The notes: generated by a model from the sequence alone, not told the origin. Counted from the first letter of the stretch, positions 36,513 to 46,181 are shown. The stretch is DNA of 64,000 nt from Candidatus Bathyarchaeia archaeon (GCA_038850515.1 JAWCLV010000003.1:1620-65619), one strand, 5' to 3'. Made by a program: numbers and translations.

Positions 36513-37000
36513 TCCTCACCTAGGGGCTTCCAGCCTATTTCCTTAGCCAAATCTCCAAGGACGAAACGAGGACCCTGTAGCCTAGAGGCATCGGCTTCCA
36601 TGGGGATTTCTATCGCGGCGTTCTTGAAGCCCTCTGGAGTCCCTATATAAACCTTAAGCCTCTTAAGGGCTTCGATTCCCCTGGGCTTCCTCCTTGGGAG
36701 CATCCCCCTTATGGCCCTTTTTACGATCCTATCAGGCCGCCTTGGATGATAGGGACCCTTCCGATAAGCACCTATTTCCAAGAAGCCCTTCGCCTCCTCC
36801 ACATGGGGCTGCCTTCGTCCTGAGAGGACCGTTTTTTCGGCGTTGAGGATTACGATCCGATGGCCGCTAAGAAGTTTTTTCGCTGCATAGCTGCACATCC
36901 GCCCAAAAATGAGCCTAGAAGCATCTAGGACGATAGTCTTTCCTCCTTCAGCCTCAGCCTTCGCCTTCGGCTTCGCTTTCGTTTTGGAGCCTTCAGGCAA
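36509..37000 (-). CDS. rpl13: 50S ribosomal protein L13 (uL13)
   Basis: IVLDASRLIFGRMCSYAAKKLLSGHRIVILNAEKTVLSG...YHPRRPDRIVKRAIRGMLP. Confidence 0.9.
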   Translation of the reverse strand: MPEGSKTKAKPKAKAEAEGGKTIVLDASRLIFGRMCSYAAKKLLSGHRIVILNAEKTVLSGRRQPHVEEAKGFLEIGAYRKGPYHPRRPDRIVKRAIRGMLPRRKPRGIEALKRLKVYIGTPEGFKNAAIEIPMEADASRLQGPRFVLGDLAKEIGWKPLGED

Positions 37001-37352
37001 GGATCTTCACCCCAGAGCCCTTTGGGTTTTCCTCCATGAGGGATTTTATGAATACGCAACGACCGCCGTTTTCCTCGATGCGCCTCTTGGCTTCCTTAGA
37101 GAAGGATAGGGCTGCCACCGTTACCCTATGGTCCAGCTTTCCGGTACCTAGGACCTTGCCAGGAATCAAGAGGGTCTCTCCTTCCTTGGAGAGACGGTTA
37201 ATCTTCGAAAGGTTCACTTGAGCCCTGAGCCTTCGAGGTGCCTCTATCCGTTCGGCTATGGAATCCCATATGGGAGCATCGTTAAGCTTTGCGGCCCTTC
37301 TTAGCTCCTTCACCATATCTAAAAGGATGGGATTACTCTTCCTTCCCTTCAT
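36993..37352 (-). CDS. rpl18e: 50S ribosomal protein L18e
   Basis: NPILLDMVKELRRAAKLNDAPIWDSIAERIEAPRRLRAQVNLSKINRL...LIPGKVLGTGKLDHRVTVAALSFS. Confidence 0.9.
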   Translation of the reverse strand: MKGRKSNPILLDMVKELRRAAKLNDAPIWDSIAERIEAPRRLRAQVNLSKINRLSKEGETLLIPGKVLGTGKLDHRVTVAALSFSKEAKRRIEENGGRCVFIKSLMEENPKGSGVKILA

Positions 37353-38244
37353 ATCCTTCCCCTTCCTCTTCCTTCTCCTCCTTCGCTTCCTCTCCTTTGG
37401 CTTCCTCCTCTGCCTTCCCTTCCTCCCCTAGAAATTCCGAAAGGGACTTCTTGAAATCCTCAGCCTTCTCCATGAGAATCTTGGCTGCTTCAAGGACTAT
37501 CCTCCGATTGGGCAAGCCTCCCAAGGTTTCCAGCGTATAGATGAAGCTTGAGCTATCATAGGCTACATTTATCGCTCCGACTGGGCATGCCTTCATGCAA
37601 TCGCCGCAGAGGGTACAATCCATGAGCCTTTCAACCTTCAAAGCTCCCTCCCCTAGGCTCAAAACCTTCCTATGGCAGATATCTACGCATTTACCGCAAT
37701 CCTTCCCTACGCACTTTGTTCGATGAATGGATATCTTGGGCATGAACTTGTAGGCACAAAGGCTTAAGGGCTGCCACTTGGCATGCATTTCACCCGTTCC
37801 CAACCTTGCATAGGCTTCGAGCTTAACCCTCTGACCTTGGGCCAGCTTTACGATGGGGATGTCGCCATTCACAACTTTTATGGAGGGATTCGAGGGATCC
37901 GTGGCTAGATCCCTTGAATAGACCGTTTTCACATCTTCCTCCGCCTTCACCTCAAGGGTGAATACTACCCGGCATTTGCTGCATCCGAGCTCGCTCTTGC
38001 AAGAACATTCTTCGGGCATCACATATGTATCGAGGTCCGTAATCAAGGGGATGAGCCCAAGTCGATGAGCTAGAATTTCATCATACATTACGGAAGTGTT
38101 CTCTATTATAACAACATCGTCGATGGCCATGGTTGGGACTTCCGCTAGCATAGTCCTCCTCAGGGCGCTAGCGAAAGGGATGGATGAACCGCTCAATAAA
38201 AAGCGAAGGGTATTCCCATCCTCGCTTAGGATTTTTACCTGCAC
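37333..38244 (-). CDS. rpoD: DNA-directed RNA polymerase subunit D (Rpo3) with a 4Fe-4S ferredoxin-like insertion and an acidic tail
   Basis: FASALRRTMLAEVPTMAIDDVVIIENTSVMYDEILAHRLGLIPL, plus Cys clusters CGKCVDIC and CTLCGDCMKACP. GTG start at 38244. Confidence 0.9.
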   Translation of the reverse strand: MQVKILSEDGNTLRFLLSGSSIPFASALRRTMLAEVPTMAIDDVVIIENTSVMYDEILAHRLGLIPLITDLDTYVMPEECSCKSELGCSKCRVVFTLEVKAEEDVKTVYSRDLATDPSNPSIKVVNGDIPIVKLAQGQRVKLEAYARLGTGEMHAKWQPLSLCAYKFMPKISIHRTKCVGKDCGKCVDICHRKVLSLGEGALKVERLMDCTLCGDCMKACPVGAINVAYDSSSFIYTLETLGGLPNRRIVLEAAKILMEKAEDFKKSLSEFLGEEGKAEEEAKGEEAKEEKEEEGEGYEGKEE

Positions 38245-38282
38245 TTCCGGGCCCTCTTTGGCGAGAGAAACCTCACCAAGGA

Positions 38283-38290
38283 TATTTAAA
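38283..38290 (-). promoter_or_regulatory. Candidate TATA box for rpoD (TTTAAATA on the minus strand)
   Basis: AT-rich octamer about 40 nt upstream of the GTG start, in the divergent rpoD/rps11 spacer. Confidence 0.35.
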
Positions 38291-38387
38291 GATTAAGAAG
38301 GGAGGAGGTAAAAAGAAGGCAGAAATCTTAGCTTTAAGCTTACACCCATAAGGTTCAAAAATTTTGCCTACGCATTTAACTTAAACC

Positions 38388-38395
38388 TTAAATAA
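38388..38395 (+). promoter_or_regulatory. Candidate TATA box for the inverted rps11 gene (TTAAATAA)
   Basis: Lies 34-41 nt upstream of ATG 38429, consistent with a short leader. Confidence 0.35.
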
Positions 38396-38428
38396 CATCT
38401 CTTATAGTTTCCTAGCCAGGTTTTCCGG

Positions 38429-38827
38429 ATGGCTTCAAGAAAGGCTGAAAGATGGGGAGTTGCCCATATATACAGCTCCTCAAACAACACCATAGTCCAC
38501 ATCACAGACCTCTCAGGCTCGGAAACCATAGCCATCGGGACGGCTGGCATGTTCGTGAAGCAGGATCGCTTAGGGGGTTCCCCCTACGCGGCAATGCAGA
38601 ACGCAAGTCAGGTGGCTTCCATCGCTAAGGATAAAGGCATTACGGGGCTTCATATCAAGGTAAGGGCACCTGGAGGGCCAAAGGCAAAGATACCGGGACC
38701 TGGAGCCATGGCTGCGATAAGAGTCCTTTCGAGGGCCGGTTTTAGGATAGGAAGGGTTGAGGACGTTACCCCCATTCCCCATGATGGCACGAGACGGCCA
38801 GGTGGAAGGAGGGGAAGGAGGGTCTAA
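38429..38827 (+). CDS. rps11: 30S ribosomal protein S11 (uS11), encoded on the opposite strand to the rest of the operon
   Basis: [27 protein letters not shown]...[33 protein letters not shown]...[44 protein letters not shown]. Confidence 0.95.
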   Translation: MASRKAERWGVAHIYSSSNNTIVHITDLSGSETIAIGTAGMFVKQDRLGGSPYAAMQNASQVASIAKDKGITGLHIKVRAPGGPKAKIPGPGAMAAIRVLSRAGFRIGRVEDVTPIPHDGTRRPGGRRGRRV

Positions 38828-38908
38828 AGCCCTATCAGGTTTTCGAGAAGGGGCTTAAAGAATCGAAAGGAATTGCGAAGAAGGAAATCCTCATTTGGGG
38901 ACGAGGCT

Positions 38909-39472
38909 TTAGAACTCTGCCTCGGCCTCCTTAATTTTCTGGCTGGATTGGATGGCTTCTATCGATACGCGAAGGGGATGGTCTTCTTTGGCTAGAGGAC
39001 TTGAGGGCGCATAGCCTATAATGCCCTCCTCTTCAACCGTCACATGATAGGAGGGGACTCGAACAATCTTGGGACCAATGGCTATGTGCCCATGGGTTAT
39101 GAGCTGCCGGGCCTGCTGGATGGTCTTTGCAAAACCCTTTCGAAATACCAAGGTCTGAAGCCTTCTTTCAAGAATATCGTTAACCGTCAGGTCGAGGACG
39201 TCATCCAAGGTTGCCCCCTCGGAAACGAGGCCCTCCCTTCTGAGCTTATCCAGAAGGGTCTTCTCAGCCTTCGCCCGTTCTTCAGCCGATTTTCCTAAGA
39301 GGCTTCTCGCCAGTTTCCTATACCGCGAAACCTTCGTTTTATGCCTCCAAAGCTCCCTTTTGTTTCGGAGCCCATACTCTCCTAAAAGTCTCAGTTCACT
39401 CTCCAAGGTTTGCAATGACCATGGAACCCTGGGCGTCTCATATTTCTTCCTGTTACGCTTTGGATCTCCCAA
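38909..39472 (-). CDS. rps4: 30S ribosomal protein S4 (uS4)
   Basis: MGDPKRNRKKYETPRVPW...LLGEYGLRNKRELWR...LERRLQTLVFRKGFAKTIQQARQLITHGHIAIG. Confidence 0.95.
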   Translation of the reverse strand: MGDPKRNRKKYETPRVPWSLQTLESELRLLGEYGLRNKRELWRHKTKVSRYRKLARSLLGKSAEERAKAEKTLLDKLRREGLVSEGATLDDVLDLTVNDILERRLQTLVFRKGFAKTIQQARQLITHGHIAIGPKIVRVPSYHVTVEEEGIIGYAPSSPLAKEDHPLRVSIEAIQSSQKIKEAEAEF

Positions 39473-39474
39473 GG

Positions 39475-39939
39475 CTATCGACCTTCGATGCGCTTCTTTC
39501 TCACGCCTACAGCCCTTCCTGTTCTTCCCGTCGTCCTAGTTCTTTGTCCCCGGACCTTCAAGCCAAGGCTATGCCTTATGCCCCTCCAGCTCCTTATCTT
39601 TTTCATATTATCGATGTCGGCCTTAGTTTGAAACTCCAAATCGGGTCCTATAAGATGAAGGTCCATGCCCATTTGTAGATCCTTCGGGCGATTGCACATC
39701 CAGCCTGGAAGCCCATGGGCAGGAAGATTTTTCAAGGCCGTTTCAATCCTATGGACCTCCTCATCGCTGAGATACCCTATACGCTTTGTAGGGTCGATCC
39801 TCAATACCCTCAAGAGAGCCCTGCCCATTCTAATCCCTATGCCCTTTATCTTCGATAGCCCATAATCGATTCGCATAGTGCCATCTAGATCGACACCTGC
39901 GATCCTGACTATGTAACGGTATTCCTGCAACGATTTCAC
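39475..39939 (-). CDS. rps13: 30S ribosomal protein S13 (uS13)
   Basis: YIVRIAGVDLDGTMRIDYGLSKIKGIGIRMGRALLRVL...IRSWRGIRHSLGLKVRGQRTRTTGR. Confidence 0.95.
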   Translation of the reverse strand: MKSLQEYRYIVRIAGVDLDGTMRIDYGLSKIKGIGIRMGRALLRVLRIDPTKRIGYLSDEEVHRIETALKNLPAHGLPGWMCNRPKDLQMGMDLHLIGPDLEFQTKADIDNMKKIRSWRGIRHSLGLKVRGQRTRTTGRTGRAVGVRKKRIEGR

Positions 39940-40397
39940 CGACGGGGTTTTGAAGGCATATTGTTGGCAAAAAGAGAGATTCTAAAACCTATTTAAGGAT
40001 ATTGATGACGAAAGCCCGCCAACGGAGGGGGGAGCTTTTGGAGACGAGGAGAATTTGATATTGTATTTGAATGTAACGAAGAAAAACGAAACGAAACATA
40101 AAGGTAGACGTTCTGGGGAAGGTGCTTCCTTCTCTTTCTTCGATCCTCCTTCCCTTCTTTCTTCCTTTCTTACTTTCATACTCTCAGAAAGTCCCTTCCA
40201 AGCTCCATGGTTTCTTTTAAGGCCTTATCATGTTTCTTTATCGAATTCGATGCAAAATGAGAGACTATGTAAGGGATCGATTTAGCCTAGGATTCGGTTT
40301 TTATGTTTTGGATTCAAATTTTCGATACAATTCATGTATCCTTTCCTAGCTATCGCAACATTTAACTTTCAGTTAACCACGAATTATAGTCTCAACA

Positions 40398-41267
40398 TTA
40401 TATTTCTATGTTTAAGAATATCCTGATAAAGAATCCTATGATAAAGGTTAGGCATGCTATCCCAAGACTTATCATCGTCATCTCAAGAAATCTCTTTTTA
40501 AAAGAAAGGTCCCTTGCTATTGAAATGTAGAAAGTGAATAGGAAAATTATGATGATCGCATTCAATAACGATAAGCCTAAACATGAATAAAGGTTGGTGA
40601 GGAGTAAATATGGAATTACTAGGAATAAAACTGTAAAAACGTAGGCTATGCCTGTATAAAGCGCTGCCTTGAAAGGGTTTTTCGAGCCAAGCTCCGATTT
40701 TGTCGATAGGTATTCTGAGGTGGCCATGGACAAGGAGCCTGCGACCCCTGTGATCAGACCCGTTATGGCAACCAAACGGGTTTCTTGGAGGGCAAAGGTA
40801 AAACCGGCGAGGGCACCAGTAAGCTCAACAAGGGCGTCGTTCAATCCTAAAACCATAGAGCCAACGTATCTTAGCCTCTCTTCATCAATTAAATTAATTA
40901 GTTGTTTTTCATGTTCATTCTCATCTTCGATTATTTCTTGGGCATCTTGAATGGATTTAGATATCTTTTCATATAGAATCTGAGCCTTTTCTTCCCCTTT
41001 TTCCATCAGCTTTATTCCAAAAGTTATTCCAAAAATTTTTGAAATTAAAAAATATTTCCAAACAATGATTTCATTTGGCTTGATATCTTTATACGTATAT
41101 TTTCTCCAAAATTCATAATGTTTAAATTCGTCATTAGAAATTCGCTTTAAAACTTCCTTAGTATTAGGATCCTTTATGGATTTGGATAACTTATCATAAA
41201 TATAATGTTCAGTAATCTCGTTTCTTTGGGCAACTGAAACTATCTTTTCAACTTCCTTATCTAACAT
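40398..41267 (-). CDS. VIT1/CCC1-family iron/manganese transporter with an N-terminal ferritin-like domain; AT-rich gene
   Basis: The N-terminus NEITEHYIYDKLSK...EFKHYEFW (ferritin-like), RYVGSMVLGLNDALVELTGALAG and SMATSEYLS, followed by C-terminal TM helices. Confidence 0.8.
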   Translation of the reverse strand: MLDKEVEKIVSVAQRNEITEHYIYDKLSKSIKDPNTKEVLKRISNDEFKHYEFWRKYTYKDIKPNEIIVWKYFLISKIFGITFGIKLMEKGEEKAQILYEKISKSIQDAQEIIEDENEHEKQLINLIDEERLRYVGSMVLGLNDALVELTGALAGFTFALQETRLVAITGLITGVAGSLSMATSEYLSTKSELGSKNPFKAALYTGIAYVFTVLFLVIPYLLLTNLYSCLGLSLLNAIIIIFLFTFYISIARDLSFKKRFLEMTMISLGIACLTFIIGFFIRIFLNIEI

Positions 41268-42260
41268 TTTTCATCCCAGATCGATGATTATATGATGGCT
41301 TATGAGACATAAAAATTTGTCCCAAAAATTGAAGGAAATCGAAGACCCCAAATCCCTACCAACGCAGGGATGCCAGAGATGCTAGAAAGGGAGCCACTAA
41401 ACTATGCCTCTCCTTATGGATCTCATGAGGAGCTTATCATGACTAGAGTTAACAGCTCCACGAAAACAAGAAGAAAGGAAGGCGTTAGGTTTCATCTCGC
41501 AATTCTGAGTTTTTAGAATTGTTGATTTTTTGTTTTTGACAAGACAAAAAATCTTTTGCTTCGGAAACATTTTATGGTATGATACAGTGTCCATCTGGAT
41601 GAGAAAAACATATTTTGATGTTCAGGGAAGGAAATATCTGAATAATTCAGGATTATGTCCTAGGTCTAATTACAAGGTAAAATTCGATGAAATTATTCGG
41701 TTACTTTTTCTCCACCATTATAGATTTTCGGAGACGTAAAGAAGGCCCAAGGTATCGGGTTAGGCTTTGGGAACTATGTTTCTGCCACAGTATATATAAA
41801 GGATAAGAGATAAGAATCTTGCTTAAAAATTAATATGCATGACTAAGAAAACCATTTCCATGTGATAGTCGAAGGAAGATATCATTTTTATAAGGTCGTC
41901 ACTTGCTAATTAATATAATCATGAAATGCTTAAGAGGCTTTGTTCCACTCCGATTTTAATTTTGTATTTGATAAAATGATTTAGAGATTCAATATTGAAA
42001 AATATGAAGAATGGAGATTTAGAGAAGGCTTGTGAATAGAGACCTCAATCTATTACCATTCTTAAAGCTTCCGAGGCATTTCTATCCCACTGTTTCTCTC
42101 CATAAGATCTTACTAAGTTTCTTTCTAATTCTATATGTTTCAGTTATTTACCGCATTCTTATAAAATATTACGAAAATTTAAAAAAAAAGAAGTTTAAAT
42201 GTAAGTATATAGGTTTTTGATATGTTGCCTTGGAGATAGACTTTGAATATTCATCCGTCA

Positions 42261-42560
42261 CTATGCCTTAGTTTTTATGAAAGTTTCTATCGCTTTAGAA
42301 CTTTCGATTAAAGGTACGAACTTGATTTTGAACTCGGGCGTTACTGCAAGGATATAGTTGATTAGTTGATCCTCATTGTCGGCCTCCATAATGCTGATTC
42401 CTTTAAACACTTCTCCTATTCCGTGTGGTGGAACGAGGTATTTTGGATACTTGTTTGGCACCTTTTTCATTTCTTCAAGGAGCTTCAGAAACTTCGGAAT
42501 CCCCTTATCGATATCCTCTGGACAGATCTCCCAGAATTTTACAAACTTCATTTTTTTCAC
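42261..42560 (-). CDS. Small hypothetical protein (DUF3303-like?)
   Basis: 99 aa: MKFVKFWEICPEDIDK...GIGEVFKGISIMEADNEDQLINYILAVTPEFKIKFVPLIES. The alpha/beta dimeric-barrel-like pattern is reminiscent of DUF3303, but the assignment is tentative. Confidence 0.4.
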   Translation of the reverse strand: MKKMKFVKFWEICPEDIDKGIPKFLKLLEEMKKVPNKYPKYLVPPHGIGEVFKGISIMEADNEDQLINYILAVTPEFKIKFVPLIESSKAIETFIKTKA

Positions 42561-42878
42561 CTCCTTTTCGACTATAGCTTCCTATGCTGAACGATGCCTT
42601 CACCAGCAAGTAAAGAAAGCTACCTTCGGCCCACTTCACAAGCTAGCGAAAACTTCGATCAAGCAATATAAGTGTAAAGTTCTTCCTAATAAGGTTATCA
42701 TGATGTAATAACGACTACGGAGACTCACTGGTCGTAATCCACGAACTTTGAAGGTTAAGTCATCGCTAGAGGAAGGAAGCGATGGTTCGGCGCATTAAAC
42801 TTTAAATAAAGGTCCTAGATGGTAACTTTAAACCCGCGCCCTAAGGGGGTTCTGGGAGGTCGTACCAACCTTGCAGGA

Positions 42879-43020
42879 GCCTGAGGAAGAGGAAGTAGAG
42901 GAATGGGAAGAAGAGGAATGGGAGGAGGAGCCTGAGGAAGAGGAAGTAGAGGAATGGGAAGAAGAGGAATGGGAGGAGGAGCCTGAGGAAGAGGAAGTAG
43001 AGGAATGGGAAGAAGAGGAA
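42879..43020. repeat. Perfect 51-bp tandem repeat, about 2.8 copies
   Basis: Unit gcctgaggaagaggaagtagaggaatgggaagaagaggaatgggaggagga at 42879, 42930 and 42981 (the third copy is truncated after about 40 nt). The period is 51 nt (17 codons), with an internal agaggaatggga sub-repeat. Confidence 0.9.
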
Positions 43021-43146
43021 GAATGGTAGAGGGGCTCTCCAGACTTCTTCATTCCTTTCCCTCTCGCCTTTCCCCCTTTCTTTTCTTTTTAGATTAAAAT
43101 TAATCTAAATAAGATTGGACCGGGTTGCCTTTAGAGGAAGATTCTC

Positions 43147-44982
43147 GTGGTAAGGGTTGCTGTCCTCGATAAGGAGAGATGCCGGCCGAAGAACTGTAGC
43201 TTCATATGCAGACGATTCTGTCCCCCTGTAAGGAATAGAATAGAAGCCATCAGGATCGGTGATGATGGGAAGCCCCTCATCATCGAAGCCCTCTGCGTCG
43301 GATGCGGCATATGCGTTCGAAAATGCCCCTTTCAAGCCATATCCATCGTAAACCTTCCCGATGAAATAGGGAAGGATTGCGCCCATCGCTTTGGCATGAA
43401 TACTTTCAGACTTTACAGGCTACCGATACCTATTCCCTTCCATGTAACGGGTCTCCTAGGAAAGAATGGTGTGGGCAAGACGACAGCCTTAAACATTCTA
43501 GCAGGCATCATCAAGCCCAACCTAGGAAGCTGGGATAGCCCTCCTGAATGGCCTGAGATCGTGAAGCATTTTAGCGGCTCAGTCTTGCAGGACCACTTCA
43601 AACGTATTATGGAGAAGAGGCTCAAGGTAGTCTACAAGCCCCAGTATGTCGATAGGATTCCCTCAGCCATCAAGGGCAAGGTCCAAGAACTTCTAGATAG
43701 GGTTGACGAAAGGAGATCCCTGAAGGACGTGGTGGAGAGGCTGGAACTGAAGTCCATCTTAGACCGAGACTTGGAAGTCCTGAGCGGTGGGGAGCTCCAA
43801 AGGGTTGCAGTGGCGGCCGTAAGCCTCAGGGAGGCTGACCTTTATTTGTTCGATGAACCTTCGAGCTATCTAGACGTTCGTCAGAGGTTGGCCGTGGCAA
43901 GGCTTATAAGGAGCCTTGCTTTGGAGGGAAAGACCGTCGTCGTCAGCGAGCACGATATTGCTGTTTTGGACTATTTATCGGATCAGATCTGCATTTTCTA
44001 CGGCATCCCTGGAACCTATGGCATCGTTAGCACCCCCCATGGCGTAAGGGAGGGTATCAACCTCTTCCTTGAGGGCTACCTACCCGATGAAAATGTACGC
44101 TTTAGACAAGAAGCCATACGCTTCCACTTGAAGCCTCCCAGGGAAGCCTTGACGAGCGGAAGGATCCTATACAGCTGGGAAGAATTGGAAAAAAGTCTCG
44201 GAAACTTCCACTTGGCAGTGAGCGCCGGGGACGTTCAAGTAGGAGAAGTTATCGGAATCCTAGGACCCAATGGAATAGGGAAGACGACTTTCCTAAGAAT
44301 GCTGGCGGGCTTGGAAAGTCCGGATAAAGGAGCCATCTTAAAGGGTCCAACGAAAATCAGCTATAAGCCCCAGTACATATCAGCCGAGTACAGCGGAACC
44401 GTAGAAGCCCTTCTAAGATCCATAGCTGGTGAGAAGTTTGAATCCAGCTTCTTCAAGACCGAAGTTCTAGAGGCCCTATCCTTGCAAAGACTCCTCGATA
44501 GAAGCGTCGATTCGCTGAGTGGAGGAGAGCTTCAAAAGACTGCCATAGCTGCCTGCCTCGCCAGGGATGCCGATCTATACCTCCTAGACGAGCCCAGTGC
44601 TTACTTGGATGTGGAAGAGAGGTATGGGATGACGAGGGTTGTGAAGCGAATCGTGGAGGCCTTTGGAAAGGCTGCCATCGTCGTGGAGCATGATATCGTC
44701 GTTCAGGACTTTCTAGCTGATAGGCTTATGATCTTCAGCGGAAAACCTGGCCTCGAGGGGTTTGCAGGAGCCCCAGTTTCGCTAAGACTCGGTATGAACA
44801 CCTTCCTCAAGGAATTGTCCATTACTTTCCGGAGAGATCCCTCAACGGGAAGACCAAGGGTGAATAAGGAAGGATCTAAGTTGGACAGGGCTCAAAAAGC
44901 CAGCGGAGAATATTACTACTTAGTCGAGGCTGAGGAAGATGAGAAAGGGCAGGGGGAGAAGGAGGGAAGGGAGGGAGGATAG
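43147..44982 (+). CDS. abce1: ABCE1 (RNase L inhibitor homologue), ribosome-recycling ATPase
   Basis: N-terminal Fe-S region (RCRPKNCSFICRRFCPP...ALCVGCGICVRKCP), two ABC cassettes (GKNGVGKTT / GPNGIGKTT; LSGGELQR twice) and a GTG start. Glu/Gly/Lys-rich tail. Confidence 0.95.
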   Translation: MVRVAVLDKERCRPKNCSFICRRFCPPVRNRIEAIRIGDDGKPLIIEALCVGCGICVRKCPFQAISIVNLPDEIGKDCAHRFGMNTFRLYRLPIPIPFHVTGLLGKNGVGKTTALNILAGIIKPNLGSWDSPPEWPEIVKHFSGSVLQDHFKRIMEKRLKVVYKPQYVDRIPSAIKGKVQELLDRVDERRSLKDVVERLELKSILDRDLEVLSGGELQRVAVAAVSLREADLYLFDEPSSYLDVRQRLAVARLIRSLALEGKTVVVSEHDIAVLDYLSDQICIFYGIPGTYGIVSTPHGVREGINLFLEGYLPDENVRFRQEAIRFHLKPPREALTSGRILYSWEELEKSLGNFHLAVSAGDVQVGEVIGILGPNGIGKTTFLRMLAGLESPDKGAILKGPTKISYKPQYISAEYSGTVEALLRSIAGEKFESSFFKTEVLEALSLQRLLDRSVDSLSGGELQKTAIAACLARDADLYLLDEPSAYLDVEERYGMTRVVKRIVEAFGKAAIVVEHDIVVQDFLADRLMIFSGKPGLEGFAGAPVSLRLGMNTFLKELSITFRRDPSTGRPRVNKEGSKLDRAQKASGEYYYLVEAEEDEKGQGEKEGREGG

Positions 44983-45156
44983 CGAGGAGGAGGGGCGAAG
45001 GGAAGAAGGAGGGAAGGGGGGGAAGGCGCGAGGGTGTAGATCCTTGGCATACAAAAACTTTTTCGCATCCATGAGGCGGGTTTCCTTTTTGAAAAATAGC
45101 TGAAAAGCCTTGGATTAGATTTTAAACTAGTTTGCTTTAATAATGGAGGAGAAGGG

Positions 45157-46101
45157 ATGTCGCACGTCTGGATAAAACCTGGGGAACCATTTCCGAGGGG
45201 GAAGGGCCCCGTGATCGTCGATGAATTCACTGAAATGTTTCCCATGTGGGTTTGCAGGGTCCTTATAACGGCCGATGAAGAGGCATGGGCGAAAAGGGCG
45301 GCGGAGGTTGCCACAGGCTTCGCTACATCGATCATCGGAGCACCTTTGGAGGCAGGCATCGAAGGGATCGTTTCTAAGGATGAAACGCCCGATGGTAGGC
45401 CTGGCGCCATGCTTCAGATGTACCATATAGATCGGGTGCTCTTGAAGGGTCAGTTGACAAGCCGTTTGGCCCAATGCGTCTTAACATGCCCAACGACTGC
45501 TGCCTTCGATGGGCTTCCAGAGGCAAAGCGCAGAGCCAAGGTCGGTAGAAGCATTGCCAAGTTTGGGGATGGCTTCGAGGCCCAGGATAGCCTCGCAGGC
45601 CGAATAGTATGGAGGATCCCTGTCATGGAGGGCGAATTCATCATCGAAGACTCCTTTGGCATAAAGCGGGGGATAGCCGGGGGAATGTTCCTCATCCTAG
45701 CTTCTGAAGGGAAGGCGGGTCTTACAGCGGCCGAGAAGGCCATCGAAGCCATCAAATCGGTTCAGGGGGTTATAACCCCCTTCCCAGGAGGCATATGCCG
45801 ATCGGGATCGAAGGTAGGCTCCGAGAAGTATAAGCTCAAGGCTTCCACAAACCATCCCTTTTGTCCGACTTTAAGGGGAAAAGTTGCCAATTCCCTTGTT
45901 CCGGAAACCGTTTCCACGATATACGAAATCGTCATCAACGGTCTCAACCTTAAGGCTGTTGGAAAAGCCCTAGGGAAGGGCATTGAAGCTGCCCTTGAGG
46001 TCCCAGGCATAGTAGGGATAACCTCGGCCAACTATGGCGGCAAACTAGGCCCGTATAGGATTTCCTTGCGGGAGGCTTTGGAGGCTCTTAAAGAAAAATA
46101 A
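45157..46101 (+). CDS. ftr: Formylmethanofuran--tetrahydromethanopterin N-formyltransferase
   Basis: DEFTEMFPMWVCRVLITADEEAWAKRAAEVATGFATSIIGAPLEAGIEG...ETPDGRPGAMLQMYH closely follows the Ftr N-terminal consensus (..AE.FPM...R.LITA...A..AA...TGFATSVI.CP.EAGIE...TPDGRPG). Confidence 0.9.
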   Translation: MSHVWIKPGEPFPRGKGPVIVDEFTEMFPMWVCRVLITADEEAWAKRAAEVATGFATSIIGAPLEAGIEGIVSKDETPDGRPGAMLQMYHIDRVLLKGQLTSRLAQCVLTCPTTAAFDGLPEAKRRAKVGRSIAKFGDGFEAQDSLAGRIVWRIPVMEGEFIIEDSFGIKRGIAGGMFLILASEGKAGLTAAEKAIEAIKSVQGVITPFPGGICRSGSKVGSEKYKLKASTNHPFCPTLRGKVANSLVPETVSTIYEIVINGLNLKAVGKALGKGIEAALEVPGIVGITSANYGGKLGPYRISLREALEALKEK

Positions 46102-46181
46102 AGCCTTTCTAAGGAAGGCTTAAGAGTCCAAGAATCCTTTAGAACCTAGCTTAGAAGCGAAGGAGTTTAGGGTGACGGTAT

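Noticed and set aside
42879-43020. CRISPR array
   Set aside because: The repeats are directly tandem with no spacers, and the 51-bp unit is not CRISPR-like. No other regularly spaced repeats or cas genes were seen anywhere in the window.
42828-43052. The 74-aa poly-Ser ORF as a confident protein-coding gene
   Set aside because: Its length is created entirely by the tandem repeat and the opposite strand is equally open. It has no signal peptide or other domain. I kept it as a repeat finding only.
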